Shown here in pieces: positions 28,741 through 39,735 of a stretch of 64,000 nucleotides of DNA (its first letter is position 1; every line of letters starts with the position of its first letter). Position numbers and translations under genes: made by a program. The notes under the pieces were generated by a model. It saw only the letters and a list, made by a program, of their open reading frames with translations. It was not told the origin of the DNA and searched no databases. The stretch is from positions 131,116-195,115 of the forward strand of contig CAVXSF010000009.1 of NCBI GenBank assembly GCA_963764345.1, in the 5' to 3' direction. The DNA comes from an uncultured Bacteroidales bacterium. Its GTDB lineage: Bacteria; Bacteroidota; Bacteroidia; Bacteroidales; GCA-2748055.

Positions 28741-31700
28741 ACACCAATACCACCATCCTCATGCAGCCGCATGACGGTCTGACCTGCGAAGGCACCGACA
28801 CCAGTTTCTCGGTTGTCGTGACCGGCACTGCAGCCACGGTACAGTGGCAGTCCGACGACGGATCCGGCTTCACCGACCTGGCCAATATCGCCGGTGTATA
28901 CAGCGGCACAGCCTCTTCAACCCTCCGCATCCTCAACCCGGCCACAACACTCGACGGTTATACCTACAGGGCCGTGGCTACAGGCACCTGCGGACCCGCC
29001 GTAATCAGCGATACCGCTATGCTTACCGTCCTTGAAAAACCCGAAGTGACGAGTCAGCCTGCTGACGTGACCGAATGTGAAGACGGTGATGTATTCTTTG
29101 CCGTCTCGGCTGGTGTCACCACCGCCCCGGCATATCAGTGGCAGATCTTCAACGGATCGTCGTGGATCAGCCTGAACAACGGAATGACCTATTCGGGAGT
29201 AAATACCGATACATTGAGACTCACCGGCATCGCTTCAGGCTTGAACAACAGCCGTTACCGGGTTATGATATCCGGAAGCTGTGCGCCGGCCGTACCTTCA
29301 AACCAGGCCATACTAACCGTTCTTCAGAAGCCCGAAATCACCCTGCAGCCTTTTGATGCAGAAGAATGTGAAGGACAAGCCGTAACGTTTACCATCAATA
29401 CCGGTGTTACCACAATGCCGTCCATTACCTGGCAGGTATACGACGGCTCGTCGTGGGCCAATGCAAGCGGTGCAGCCTACAACGGGGAGACCACCCCAAC
29501 GCTGACCGTCAATCCTGTCATTTCAGCCATGGACGGATACCGTTTCAGGGCTGTGGTGAGCGGCACCTGTGCCCCGGAAGACACATCCTCGACAGCGGAA
29601 CTCACCGTTAAGGAGCTGCCCGAAGTGACGCTCCAACCCATTGATATGACTGCTTGTGAGGATGATACTGTGCATTTCGCGATTGATCCGGGCGTAACCA
29701 CCAACCCGTCGATCCAGTGGCAGGTCTCCACCGACAACGGCGTTAACTGGGCTGCTGTCTCCGGCATCCGATACAGTGGCGCCAACACGACCACACTCTA
29801 TATTAACGGCATCATTTCCACTATGCATAACTACCGTTTCAGGGCTGTGGTCAGCGGCGACTGCGGACCCGCAGCCACATCGAATGACGCTCTGCTGCAG
29901 GTGAACGAAAAACCGGAGATCACCCTTCAGCCTTTAAGCCAGGCTGTCTGTGAAGGTGATAATGCCATATACACCATAAATACCGGCGTGACCACCAGTC
30001 CGGTCATCCAGTGGGAGGAATGGAACGGCAGCGCATGGTCGGGTATTTCAGGCCCACCGTACTCCGGTGAGACCACTCCGACACTGACTGTCAATGCTGT
30101 GATTTCCACGATGAACCATTACAAATACAGGGCTTATCTCGAAGGCACCTGTGCCCCGCCGGTATATAGTGATCCGGCCGAGCTGATCGTACAGGAACAG
30201 CCGGAGATCATTGTCAACCCGAACGATACCGCCGTATGCGAAGGCCTTTCCGCCACCTTCAGTGTGGATGCCGGAGTGACGACAGCACCGGCCTTCCAGT
30301 GGTATGTCTCCACGAATGGCGGCAGCACATGGAATGCTGTTTCAGGAGTGGGTTACACCGGTATTAATACCGCCACCCTAAAGATCACCACTACCAACAC
30401 AGGTATGGACGGCTGGCTCTTCAGGGCCGAAGTAAGCGGCACCTGCCCCAACCCTGTGACCTCCACGCAGGCCGAACTCACCATTTACGAAATACCTGAG
30501 ATCACCACCCAGCCCGTCAGCGATACGGTATGCGAGGACGGTACGGCACATTTCAGCGTGGATGCCACGCCCACAACTGCACCAGCCTATTACTGGGAAG
30601 TGAACCAGGGCAGCACCTGGAATGCCGTTGCAGGACCCGATTATTCAGGCCAGGGGACGACAGACCTCACCATCACCAACGTCGTTTCCTCCATGTCGGG
30701 TTACCAGTACAGGGTCACCATCGCCGGGACCTGTAATCCGCAGGTCATCTCCAATGTAGCTAACCTCATCGTCAGGGAAAAACCGGAAGTCACCCTTCAG
30801 CCTTCTGATGCTGAGATATGCGAGAATGCACAATGCATCGTTCACCGTCAGCGCCGGTGTTACCACCAGCCCGCAGTATACCTGGGAAGTCTTCGACGGC
30901 AGCTCCTGGAGTACCGCCACCGGAGGTGTTTACAGCAATGAAACCACACAGGTTCTCAACCTGACCAACGTACCGGCGACAATGGACGGCTATATGTTCA
31001 GGGCCGTTATCTCCGGGATCTGTGCCCCTGAAGACACGTCTGATGCTGCAACACTCACCGTCAATGAACGGCCTGAGATCACTTCACAGCCGGTAAGCGT
31101 CACCGAATGCGAAGACGGCGATGTCTACTTTGCCGTTTCGGCAGGGGTCACCACCGTTCCTGCATACCAGTGGCAGATCTTCAACGGCGCGTCATGGATA
31201 AGCCTGAACAACGGACTGACCTATTCAGGGGTCAACACAGATACCTTAAGACTTACAGGCATCGTCTCATCGATGAACGGCAACCGTTACCGGGTAACGG
31301 TATCGGGCACCTGCTCACCGGCCGTTCCCTCGGACGAGGCCGTACTGACCGTTCTTGAAAAACCCGAAATAACACTTCAGCCTCTCGATGTTGTTCAGTG
31401 CGAAGGTCAGCCGGTGACCTTTACCATAAGTACAGGTATCACCACTGCACCGGCCATACAGTGGCAGGTCTACAACGGTTCAACATGGGCTGATGTAAGC
31501 GGCGCTTCCTACAGCGGGGAGACCACCACCACCCTCACCGTCGATCCAATCGTTATCAGCGATGAACGGCTACCTGTTCAGGGCTGTGGTGGGTGGCACC
31601 TGTGCACCGGAAGATACCTCGGCAACTGCTGAACTCACTGTGAAGGAACTGCCGGAAGTTACCCTCCAGCCTGGCGGTGTGACCAGCTTGCGAAGGCGAC

Positions 31701-34700
31701 ACGGTGAGCTTCAGACCGATCCCGGCGTCACCACCAATCCGTCCATCCAGTGGCAGGTATCTACCGACAACGGCACCAGCTGGGCCAATGTCTCAGGCAT
31801 AAGATACAGCGGAATAAACAATACAACCCTGTCTGTTAACGGTATCATTTCGGCCATGCATAACAACCGGTACCGGGCCGTAATCACCGGCGACTGCGGA
31901 CCGGCAGCCACTTCGAACGACGCCCTGCTGCAGGTGAACGAGAAACCCGAGTTCACCCTTCAGCCTGTCCCACAGGTGATCTGTGAAGGCGGGGATGCCA
32001 TATACACCGTCAACACCGGTGTGACCACCAGCCCGGTAATCCAGTGGCAGGAATGGAACGGCACGGCATGGTCCGATATCTCCGGCGGAATATATACCGG
32101 CGAAACCACGCCTTCACTCACTGTCCATAGCGTGACTTCAGGCATGAACAACTACCGGTACAGGGCATATCTCGAGGGTACCTGCACCCCGCCGGTTTAC
32201 AGTGATTCTGCAAGACTGACAGTAGAGGAACAGCCCGAGATCACTGCAGATCCGGCAGACACCGCCGTATGCGAAGGAATGCAGGCAACCTTTAGCGTCG
32301 ATCCCGGGGTAACTACCGCCCCGACCTTCCAATGGTATGTATCCATTGACGGAGGTACTAACTGGAATCCCGTTTCCGGTGTAGGATATGCCGGCATCAA
32401 TACTTCGACGCTGACCATCATCACCACCAATTCGGGGATGGACGGATGGCTCTTCAGAGCCGGGGTGAGCGGTACATGCCCGGGTTCCGTGACCTCTGCA
32501 CAGGCCGAACTCACCATTTATGAGATACCGGAAATCACCCTGCAGCCGGTGAACGATACGATATGTGAAGACGGTACAGCACAGTTCAGCGTCGACGCCA
32601 CGCCGACCACAGCACCCACCTATTACTGGGAAGTGAATGACGGAGGATCATGGTATGCCGCCAACGGCGTGAAATACAGCGGCCAGGGCACTAACACCCT
32701 GACGGTCTCCAACGTCACCTCCGCCATGTCGGGCTATCTCTACCGTGTCACCATAGGTGGCACCTGCAGTCCTGATGTACAATCCAACATGGCAAGCCTG
32801 ATCGTCAAAGAAAAACCCGAAGTTACCATGCAGCCTGCGGATGCAGAGATCTGTGAGAATGACGGCACGTCCTTCACGGTGAATCCCGGGGTGACCACCA
32901 ATCCTCAATATCTTTGGGAGGTGTATGACGGCAGCAGCTGGAATGCAGCCTCGGGACCCGTCTACACCGGTGAAACCACCGAGACGGTAAACCTTGTCGG
33001 GAGTACCTTCATCTATGGACGGATATCTATACCGGGTGGTCATCACAGGCGACTGTGCCCCGGCAGTCACATCTGCTTCCGCAGTGCTAACCGTCAACGA
33101 CAGGCCCGAAGTGACAGACGATCCGGATGACGTGACCTCCTGCGAAGGCGACACCGTGATATTCGCGGTATCTGCCGGCGTCACCACAACACCGGTGTAC
33201 AAATGGCAGGTATATAACGGCTCATCATGGTCGGTCATCACCGGCGGCAGCTACGGCGGTTACAACACCGACACACTGGTTATCAGGGGTACGATGTCCT
33301 ATATGAACGGGTATCAATACCGGGCGCTTGATCAACGGCAAGTGCTCACCTGCCGACACTTCGGCACCCGCCACCCTCATCGTAAGGGAGAAACCGGAAA
33401 TATCTGTACAACCTGTCAACAGTACCATCTGCGAAGATTCACCCACCGCTTTCGAGGTATCGGCAGGCGTGACCACCAGTCCGGCGTACAGCTGGGAAGT
33501 CGATCCGAACAGCGGAAGCTTTGTTCCGGCCAACCTTGCCGGCCACAGCGGCAGCACCACTTCCGTTCTGGATATAGCCTCAGGCACCAGCCTGATGGAC
33601 GGTTACCGGTACAGGGTCATCATCAGCGGTGCCTGTGCTCCTCCCGACACGTCGAATACCGTGGTTCTTCATATCGATGAAAAGCCCGAGGTTATCGTCG
33701 ATCCAAGGGATACTACTGTATGCGAAGGCTCCAATATCGCCTTCACTGCCGATCCAGGTGTGACCACCAGCCCGCAGTACCAGTGGGAAGTTGACGACGG
33801 CAGCGGTTGGGGCAATATTGCTGCCGGAGGCAACTTCATGGGCATCAACAGCCAGACACTTAATGTATACAATGTTGATTCCATCATGACCGGATACCTT
33901 TACCGGGTTGTAATCAGCGGTACCTGTGCACCCGCAGCCACCTCCCTGCCGGCAGAACTGACGGTGAACACCGCCCCGGTGATCAGCCTGAACCCGGATG
34001 ATGCCACGGCTTGCGAAGGCAGTAACGTGACTTTCAATGTGGCTGCCGTAGGTACGGCACCTGTTTACCAGTGGCAGATGGATAAGAACGATGGACTTGG
34101 ATTCCGCGACTTTGCCGATACGTCAGGTATTTACGGCGGGACCGGCAGTCCTGACCTCACGGTCTATAACGCCAACCGCAGGCTGCAGAACTACCGCTAC
34201 CGGGCCAGGGTGGAAGGCAGCTGTAACCCGTTTGCCGTTTCAGCCTATGCCGTTCTGCATATCAACACTCCACCGGAAATACTGAACCAGCCTTTACCGG
34301 CCACGATCTGCGAATATGGCAACGTCACCTTTAATATAAGCATTAACGGGAGCGGCCTTGCCTACCTGTGGCAGGAAAGTTCAGGCGGCACCTTCAAAGA
34401 CCTGGAAGATACGGCATCATTTATCGGCACAGGTACATCGTCGATGAGTATCTTTAATGTAAACCGTGACTTCAGCGGACACAGGTACCGGGTTATCGTC
34501 ACGGGAACCTGTAATCCGCCGGTAGTCTCGGGCGAAGCAGAGCTGACCGTCAAGACCAGCCCGGCCATCACCGCCCAGCCTGTCGATACTTCGGTATGCG
34601 AAAACGAGAATGCAGGCTTCAGTGTTACGGCCGAAGGATCGGATCTTGTTCTACCAGTGGCAGTACAACTCCGGAGGTGCATGGGCCTCATTGGCCAATG

Positions 34701-35126
34701 GCGGACCTTATGCCGGGGTCAATTCAACCGACCTGAGTATTACCGGCGCCGGCAACGGACTGAATGCTTACAAATACAGGGTAAGGATCACAGGAACCTG
34801 CGTACCTCCCGTCAATTCTGAGGAAGCCACGCTCAATGTCAATGCGAACCCGGTGATCATGCTCAATCCGGTTGATGCCCAGATCTGTGAGAACGGCTCA
34901 ACCAGCTTTACCGGAACTGCCTCAGGGCCTGATCTGGCATACCAGTGGCAGGTCTTCACCGGCGGTTCATGGCAGAACGTGACCGACGGGGATAACTACA
35001 GCGGAAGCCAGACCATAAGCCTTTCGGTCACCGACGCACCCGTATCATTCAACGGCAATCTCTACCGGCTGGCCGTGAGCAATGCCTGTACGGCCATCAA
35101 CAGTGGACAGGCCACGCTGACCGTCA
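28741..35126 (+). repeat. Intragenic tandem repeat: 22 copies of a ~96-aa (~290-nt) Ig-like domain, including a 7-domain (2,032-bp) super-repeat
   Basis: The domain consensus is EKPEITLQPxDxxxCEGxxxxFxVxxGVTTxPxYQWQVxxGSSWxxxxGxxYSGxxTxTLTVxxVxSxMxGYxYRxVVSGTCAPxxTSxxAxLTV. I counted 22 linker/Cys starts. The coordinates are approximate. Confidence 0.8.
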
Positions 35127-36977
35127 ATGCCAACCCGGTACCGGCCATCATCGGTGACGGCACCTTCCCGTTTGTCTGCGGCGGAACAAGTCTCAACATC
35201 GATGGTAATGCCACCGGCGGTTCGGGTACCTTCATCAGTCACAGCTGGACAGGTAATACAGAGCCTCTGAGTACTGTCACCGCGGAACAGACAGTCTTCA
35301 ATACCAATGTGGACGGTCTGTATACCCTCATTTACACTGTTACCGACAACAAGGGATGTACAGGGAAAGACACAGTAACCATCGAAAATAATTCCCCCAA
35401 TGCCCAGTTCTCATCTGATGCAGCGCCATCGTGCGGTTACAGGCTGGTCACTTTCACAAACAGCTCAACACGGGCTACATCGTACGAATGGCATTTCGAT
35501 GACGGGAGTCCGGTGGAAACCGGCATCAACGCCAGCCACGGCTTCGATAACTTCGATCCGCTGATCCGTTCCTACAATGTGAAACTCATTGCCGAATCGG
35601 CAAAAGGATGTATCGACAGTGCATCACAGGTTATCACCATCTACCCGAAGGTGGATGCCTCGTTCACCGTTGATCCCGACACCGGTTGTCAGCCCGTGGT
35701 TGCCATGATGGTATCGCTTCCGGGAGCAGCAAGCTACTACTGGGATTTCGGAGATAATACGCCGCAGGAGACCGGCGGGTACTTCGCTACCCATGAATTT
35801 ACGAATGTCTCGAACTCCACGAAGACCTATCATATCACACTTAAAACCACATCATTCTATGGTTGCGTGGCCACAGAGACGCAGAACATAACCGTCTATC
35901 CGCTGCCGACACCGAACTTTGCCGTATCACCTGTTCTCCAGACCTATCCTGATGCTACGGTTACAATTACCAACCTGGTAAATGCCGGCCCATGGACCTA
36001 TGAATACAACTTTGGTGACGGCACCACGGCATCGGTGGCCAATCCGGTCCATACCTATGCTGAGCCTGGAACCTATAAGATCACGCAAAAGATCAATGTG
36101 GGTTCCTGTACAGACAGTATTACCCAGACGGTGATCATCAGACCTGCTCCGCCGGTCGCCGGATTCGAAGTGCCGGGTCCGGGTTGTACACCACGCCAGA
36201 TTCAGTTCCTTAATACCTCGCGTGAATACAAACAGTTACCTGTGGGATTTCGGTGACGGAGGTATATCTACCAAGAAAGATCCAATCTACACTTACTTCC
36301 AGGAAGGAACCTTTGCCGTAACGCTGACCGTATCGGGTCCCGGCGGTTCCGATACCTACAAGGCCGACATCATCATCTGGCCAACACCCGCAGCCTTCTT
36401 TACACTGGCTCCCGATTCGGTTTACGTCAATGACAAGCCCGTAAAATTCTTCAACTATTCGTCAAGCGGCAGCAATTATTACTGGAACTTCGGCGATGTA
36501 GACGACCAAACCGGGCAGACGTCATCGACGAATACCACCGGCGATTTTGAGCCTACCCACGTGTATGAGTCAATCGGATTTAAAGACGTATTGCTGATTG
36601 CCAGCAATGAACATTGTGCTGACACTCTTCTCAAGAAAGACGCTGTGTACGTAAGTCCTGCCGGCGGATTACGTTTCCCGAATGTATTCAAGCCCAATTC
36701 CAACGGTCCGTCGGGCGGATATTACGATCCCAACGATCCGGCTTCCAAGAACTCCGTTTTCTTCCCTGGCGTTCTTGACCAGGTTCTCGAGTACCACCTG
36801 TACATTTACAACCGCTGGGGTGAACTCATCTTTTCGAGTGACAATGTCAATTTCGGCTGGGATGGATACGTCAACGGCACCCTGGCCAAACAGGGAGTAT
36901 ATGTATGGAAAGTGAAAGGGAAATATACCAACGGGAAGAACTTCGTAGAGGCGGGGGATGTGACGCTGCTGCATTAG

Positions 36978-38452
36978 GCGGAGTTAGGGAGTTAGGGAGT
37001 TAGGGAGTTAGGGAGTTAGGGAGTTAGGGAGTTAGGGAGTTAGGGAAGAGGATTGAGGGATTAAGGGATTTAGTGGGAAGAAAGGTGAAAGGCGAAAGGC
37101 GAAAGGCAAAAGTGAGGGATTGAGGGAGAATATCGAATGATTCGGAGACGGGAGAAGGATTTAGTAAATGCGATGGTGGGCTGGGTTTCCCCTTTAGGGG
37201 ATTAAGGGGTGAGCGTAGGGAGTTAGGGATTGAGGGATTGAGGGATTGAGGGATTGAGGGATTTAGTGGGAAGAAAGGTGAAAGGCGAAAGGCGAAAGGC
37301 AAAAGTGAGGGATTGAGGGAGAATATCGAATGATTCGGAGACGGGAGAAGGATTTAGTAAATGCGACTGGTGGGCTGGGTTTCCCCTTAGGGGATTAAGG
37401 GGTGAGCGTAGGGAGTTAGGGAGTTGAGGGATTGAGGGATTGAGGGATTGAGGGATTTAGTGGGAAGAAAGGTGAAAGGTGAAAGGCGAAAGGCAAAAGT
37501 GAGGGATTGAGGGAGAATATCGAATGATTCGGAGACGGGAGAAGGCCTTAGTAAATGCTACGGTGGGCTGGGTTTCCCCTAGGGGATTAAGGGGTGAGCG
37601 TAGGGAGTTAGGGAGTATAGGGATTGAGGGATTGAGGGATTGAGGGATTTAGTGGGAAGAAAGGTGAAAGGCGAAAGGCGAAAGGCAAAAGTGAGGGATT
37701 GAGGGAGAATATCGAATGATTCGGAGACGGGAGAAGGATTTAGTAAATGCGATGGTGGGCTGGGTTTCCCCTTTAGGGGATTAAGGGGTGAGCGTAGGGA
37801 GTTGAGGGATTGAGGGATTGAGGGATTTAGTGGGAAGAAAGGTGAAAGGCGAAAGGCGAAAGGCAAAAGTGAGGGATTGAGGGAGAATATCGAATGATTC
37901 GGAGACGGGAGAAGGCCTTAGTAAATGCTACGGTGGGCTGGGTTTCCCCCTTAGGGGATTAAGGGGTGAGCGTAGGGAGTTAGGGATTGAGGGATTGAGG
38001 GATTGAGGGATTTAGTGGGAAGAAAGGTGAAAGGCGAAAGGCGAAAGGCAAAAGTGAGGGATTGAGGGAGAATATCGAATGATTCGGAGACGGGAGAAGG
38101 CCTTAGTAAATGCTACGGTGGGCTGGGTTTCCCCTTAGGGGACTAAGGGGTGAGCGTAGGGAGTTGAGGGATTGAGTGGATTGAGGGATTTAGTGGGAAG
38201 AAAGGTGAAAGGCGAAAGGCGAAAGGCAAAAGTGAGGGATTGAGGGAGAATATCGAATGATTCGGAGACGGGAGAAGGATTTAGTAAATGCGATGGTGGG
38301 CTGGGTTTCCCCTTTAGGGGACTAAGGGGTGAGCGTAGGGAGTTATTGAGTTGTTGAGTTGTTGAGTTGTTGAGTTGTTGAGTTGTTGAGTTGTTGAGTT
38401 GTTGAGTTGTCCGTAATTCCTAATCAGTGTAATCAGTGTAATCAGTGGTGAA
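36978..38452 (+). repeat. G-rich mosaic repeat array R4: 7 tandem copies of a ~180-194-bp higher-order unit, between the giant gene and sprF
   Basis: It starts directly after the giant-gene TAG (36975-36977) with 8x GGGAGTTA. The unit consists of a GGGATTGA tract, TTTAGTGGGAAGAAAGGT, a GAAAGGC tract, AAAAGTGAGGGATTGAGGGAGAATATCGAATGATTCGGAGACGGGAGAAGG, and GGGCTGGGTTTCCCC(T)nAGGGGATTAAGGGGTGAGCGTAGGG. GAGCGTAGGG anchors lie near 37211, 37403, 37595, 37789, 37968, 38152 and 38331. The array ends with 8x GTTGAGTT, CCGTAATTCCTAATC, 3x TAATCAGTG and GTGGTGAA. Confidence 0.9.
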
Positions 38453-38657
38453 AAACTCGTTTGCTTTATTAATTCCGAATAAATATAGAATAATTCTGCA
38501 AATGTAACCTAACCAAACAGAATACGTTTAATTTTATGTATTCAAGAAACCAGACCTGATGTTCTAATTTTTTTTGATGATTAGCAATAGTAAACTATTT
38601 TCAGGTCTCGTTCCAAGAGTACGGTAAACGTTAATACCAGTCACTAAGATTACGGAT

Positions 38658-39635
38658 GTGAGAAGAAGCCTGACGACATTAATTCTCTTACTGTTATATT
38701 CTTATATTAGGGCACAGGATCCGCAATTCACCCAGTTTTATGCGAACAAGCTGTACCTGGCACCCTCTTTTGCCGGAGCCATTCAGCAGGACAGGGTATC
38801 GTTGAGTTATCGTAACCAGTGGCCTGAGATACCGGGGGTTTTTGTGTCCTATGCTTTTTCATACGATCATAACTTTTCCGCTTTTAATTCGGGAGTCGGC
38901 TTTCTTTTCCTTAGAGATGTTGCCGGTTCCGGAGATTTAAGCACCACAAATTTCGGGGTTTTATATTCTTATGATTTCAAGGTAAACAACTGGTGGCATA
39001 TACGGCCGGGCATTCATTTTATGTATACCCAGACGGGACTGGACTTCAATAAACTGATCTGGAACGATCAGATTTCACCTTCAGGGACAACGCCGACCAT
39101 TGAACAACCGACGCTGAATTCCAAAGCCGACGTCGATTTTTCCACCTCATTGCTGGTTTATTCCGATCAGCACTGGATGGGATTCACCGTCGATCATCTT
39201 CTGAAACCCAGGAATTCTCTGTATGACTCAGAAGAATTTGTCCCGATGAAACTTTCTGTTTTCGGTGGGACCCAGATCATCCGTCGGGGCAGGCTGCTCA
39301 GTCCGATCGATGAAACGCTGTCGCTCGCCTTTCTCTATAAAAATCAAAACAAAACCAACCAGCTCGATCTCGGGCTTTACTGGTATAAAGAACCGCTGAT
39401 GCTGGGGCTTTGGTACCGGGGTATCCCTCTTCTCAACCGTGAAAAGAGGGGTGATGCCATCGCCTTCCTTCTCGGCTATAAGATTGAAAATTTCAGCATA
39501 GGTTATTCCTACGATTTCACTATTTCAAAGCTGATCTCTTCCACGGGCGGGGCACATGAGATCTCGCTGGTATACCTGTTCAATACCACCCGCAAAAAAC
39601 AGAAAAGACACATGATTCCCTGCCCTGAATTTTAA
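38658..39635 (+). CDS. Type IX secretion system membrane protein, PorP/SprF family
   Basis: The start codon is GTG. The signal peptide is followed by AQDPQFTQFYANKLYLAPSFAG, the characteristic PorP/SprF N-terminal motif. The 325-aa length fits a beta-barrel of this family. It is positioned downstream of a type-B CTD cargo gene. Confidence 0.85.
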   Translation: MRRSLTTLILLLLYSYIRAQDPQFTQFYANKLYLAPSFAGAIQQDRVSLSYRNQWPEIPGVFVSYAFSYDHNFSAFNSGVGFLFLRDVAGSGDLSTTNFGVLYSYDFKVNNWWHIRPGIHFMYTQTGLDFNKLIWNDQISPSGTTPTIEQPTLNSKADVDFSTSLLVYSDQHWMGFTVDHLLKPRNSLYDSEEFVPMKLSVFGGTQIIRRGRLLSPIDETLSLAFLYKNQNKTNQLDLGLYWYKEPLMLGLWYRGIPLLNREKRGDAIAFLLGYKIENFSIGYSYDFTISKLISSTGGAHEISLVYLFNTTRKKQKRHMIPCPEF

Positions 39636-39735
39636 AACATGCGTTTCATGGTGTTATTATTTCCTTCTTCCTATACAGATCAAGCCTAAAGAATTATATT
39701 TGTGATCAAAATCAAATCTTCAACCATAGATTATC

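Larger units (their letters stand above)
19964..36977 (+). pseudogene. Giant (~5,670-codon) SprB-like cell-surface adhesin with Ig-like/PKD repeats and a T9SS type-B CTD; broken by at least 20 frame changes as assembled
   Basis: A signal peptide MIRTNLIKRRFLPGLLLLLLGSFNLFSQ starts at ATG 19964. The track pieces are 19907-21751, 21715-22350, 22142-22495, 22413-23312, 22990-23244, 23141-23431, 23505-30941 (2478 aa intact), 30808-31632, 31562-33130, 32994-33680, 33328-34821, 34610-36256 and 36222-36977. They read on as one protein when the frames are joined. PKD motifs (YEWHFDDG, YYWDFGDN, YEYNFGDG, YLWDFGDGG, YYWNFGDV) lie at 35.4-36.5 kb. The CTD reads FPNVFKPNSNG...LYIYNRWGELIFSS...GWDGYVNG...GVYVWKVKG. 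Confidence 0.85.

Noticed and set aside
36981-37047. I considered whether the TTAGGG-containing tracts (GGGAGTTA)n could be telomere-like ends of a linear replicon.
   Set aside because: The tracts are internal, flanked by ordinary genes on both sides, and occur at five internal loci. The resemblance to the telomeric hexamer is probably incidental to the G3N5 repeat.
37024-37866. Minus-strand ORFs 37024-37302 and 37579-37866 (NPSIPQSLNPSIP...), and a 22-codon + strand ORF (MIRRREKDLVNAMVGWVSPLGD) that recurs in R4 units.
   Set aside because: Unit-to-unit indels break the frames in other copies; an example is CCCC(T)1-3AGGGG, or GCGATGG versus GCTACGG. Conservation is therefore at the nucleotide or structure level, not at the peptide level.
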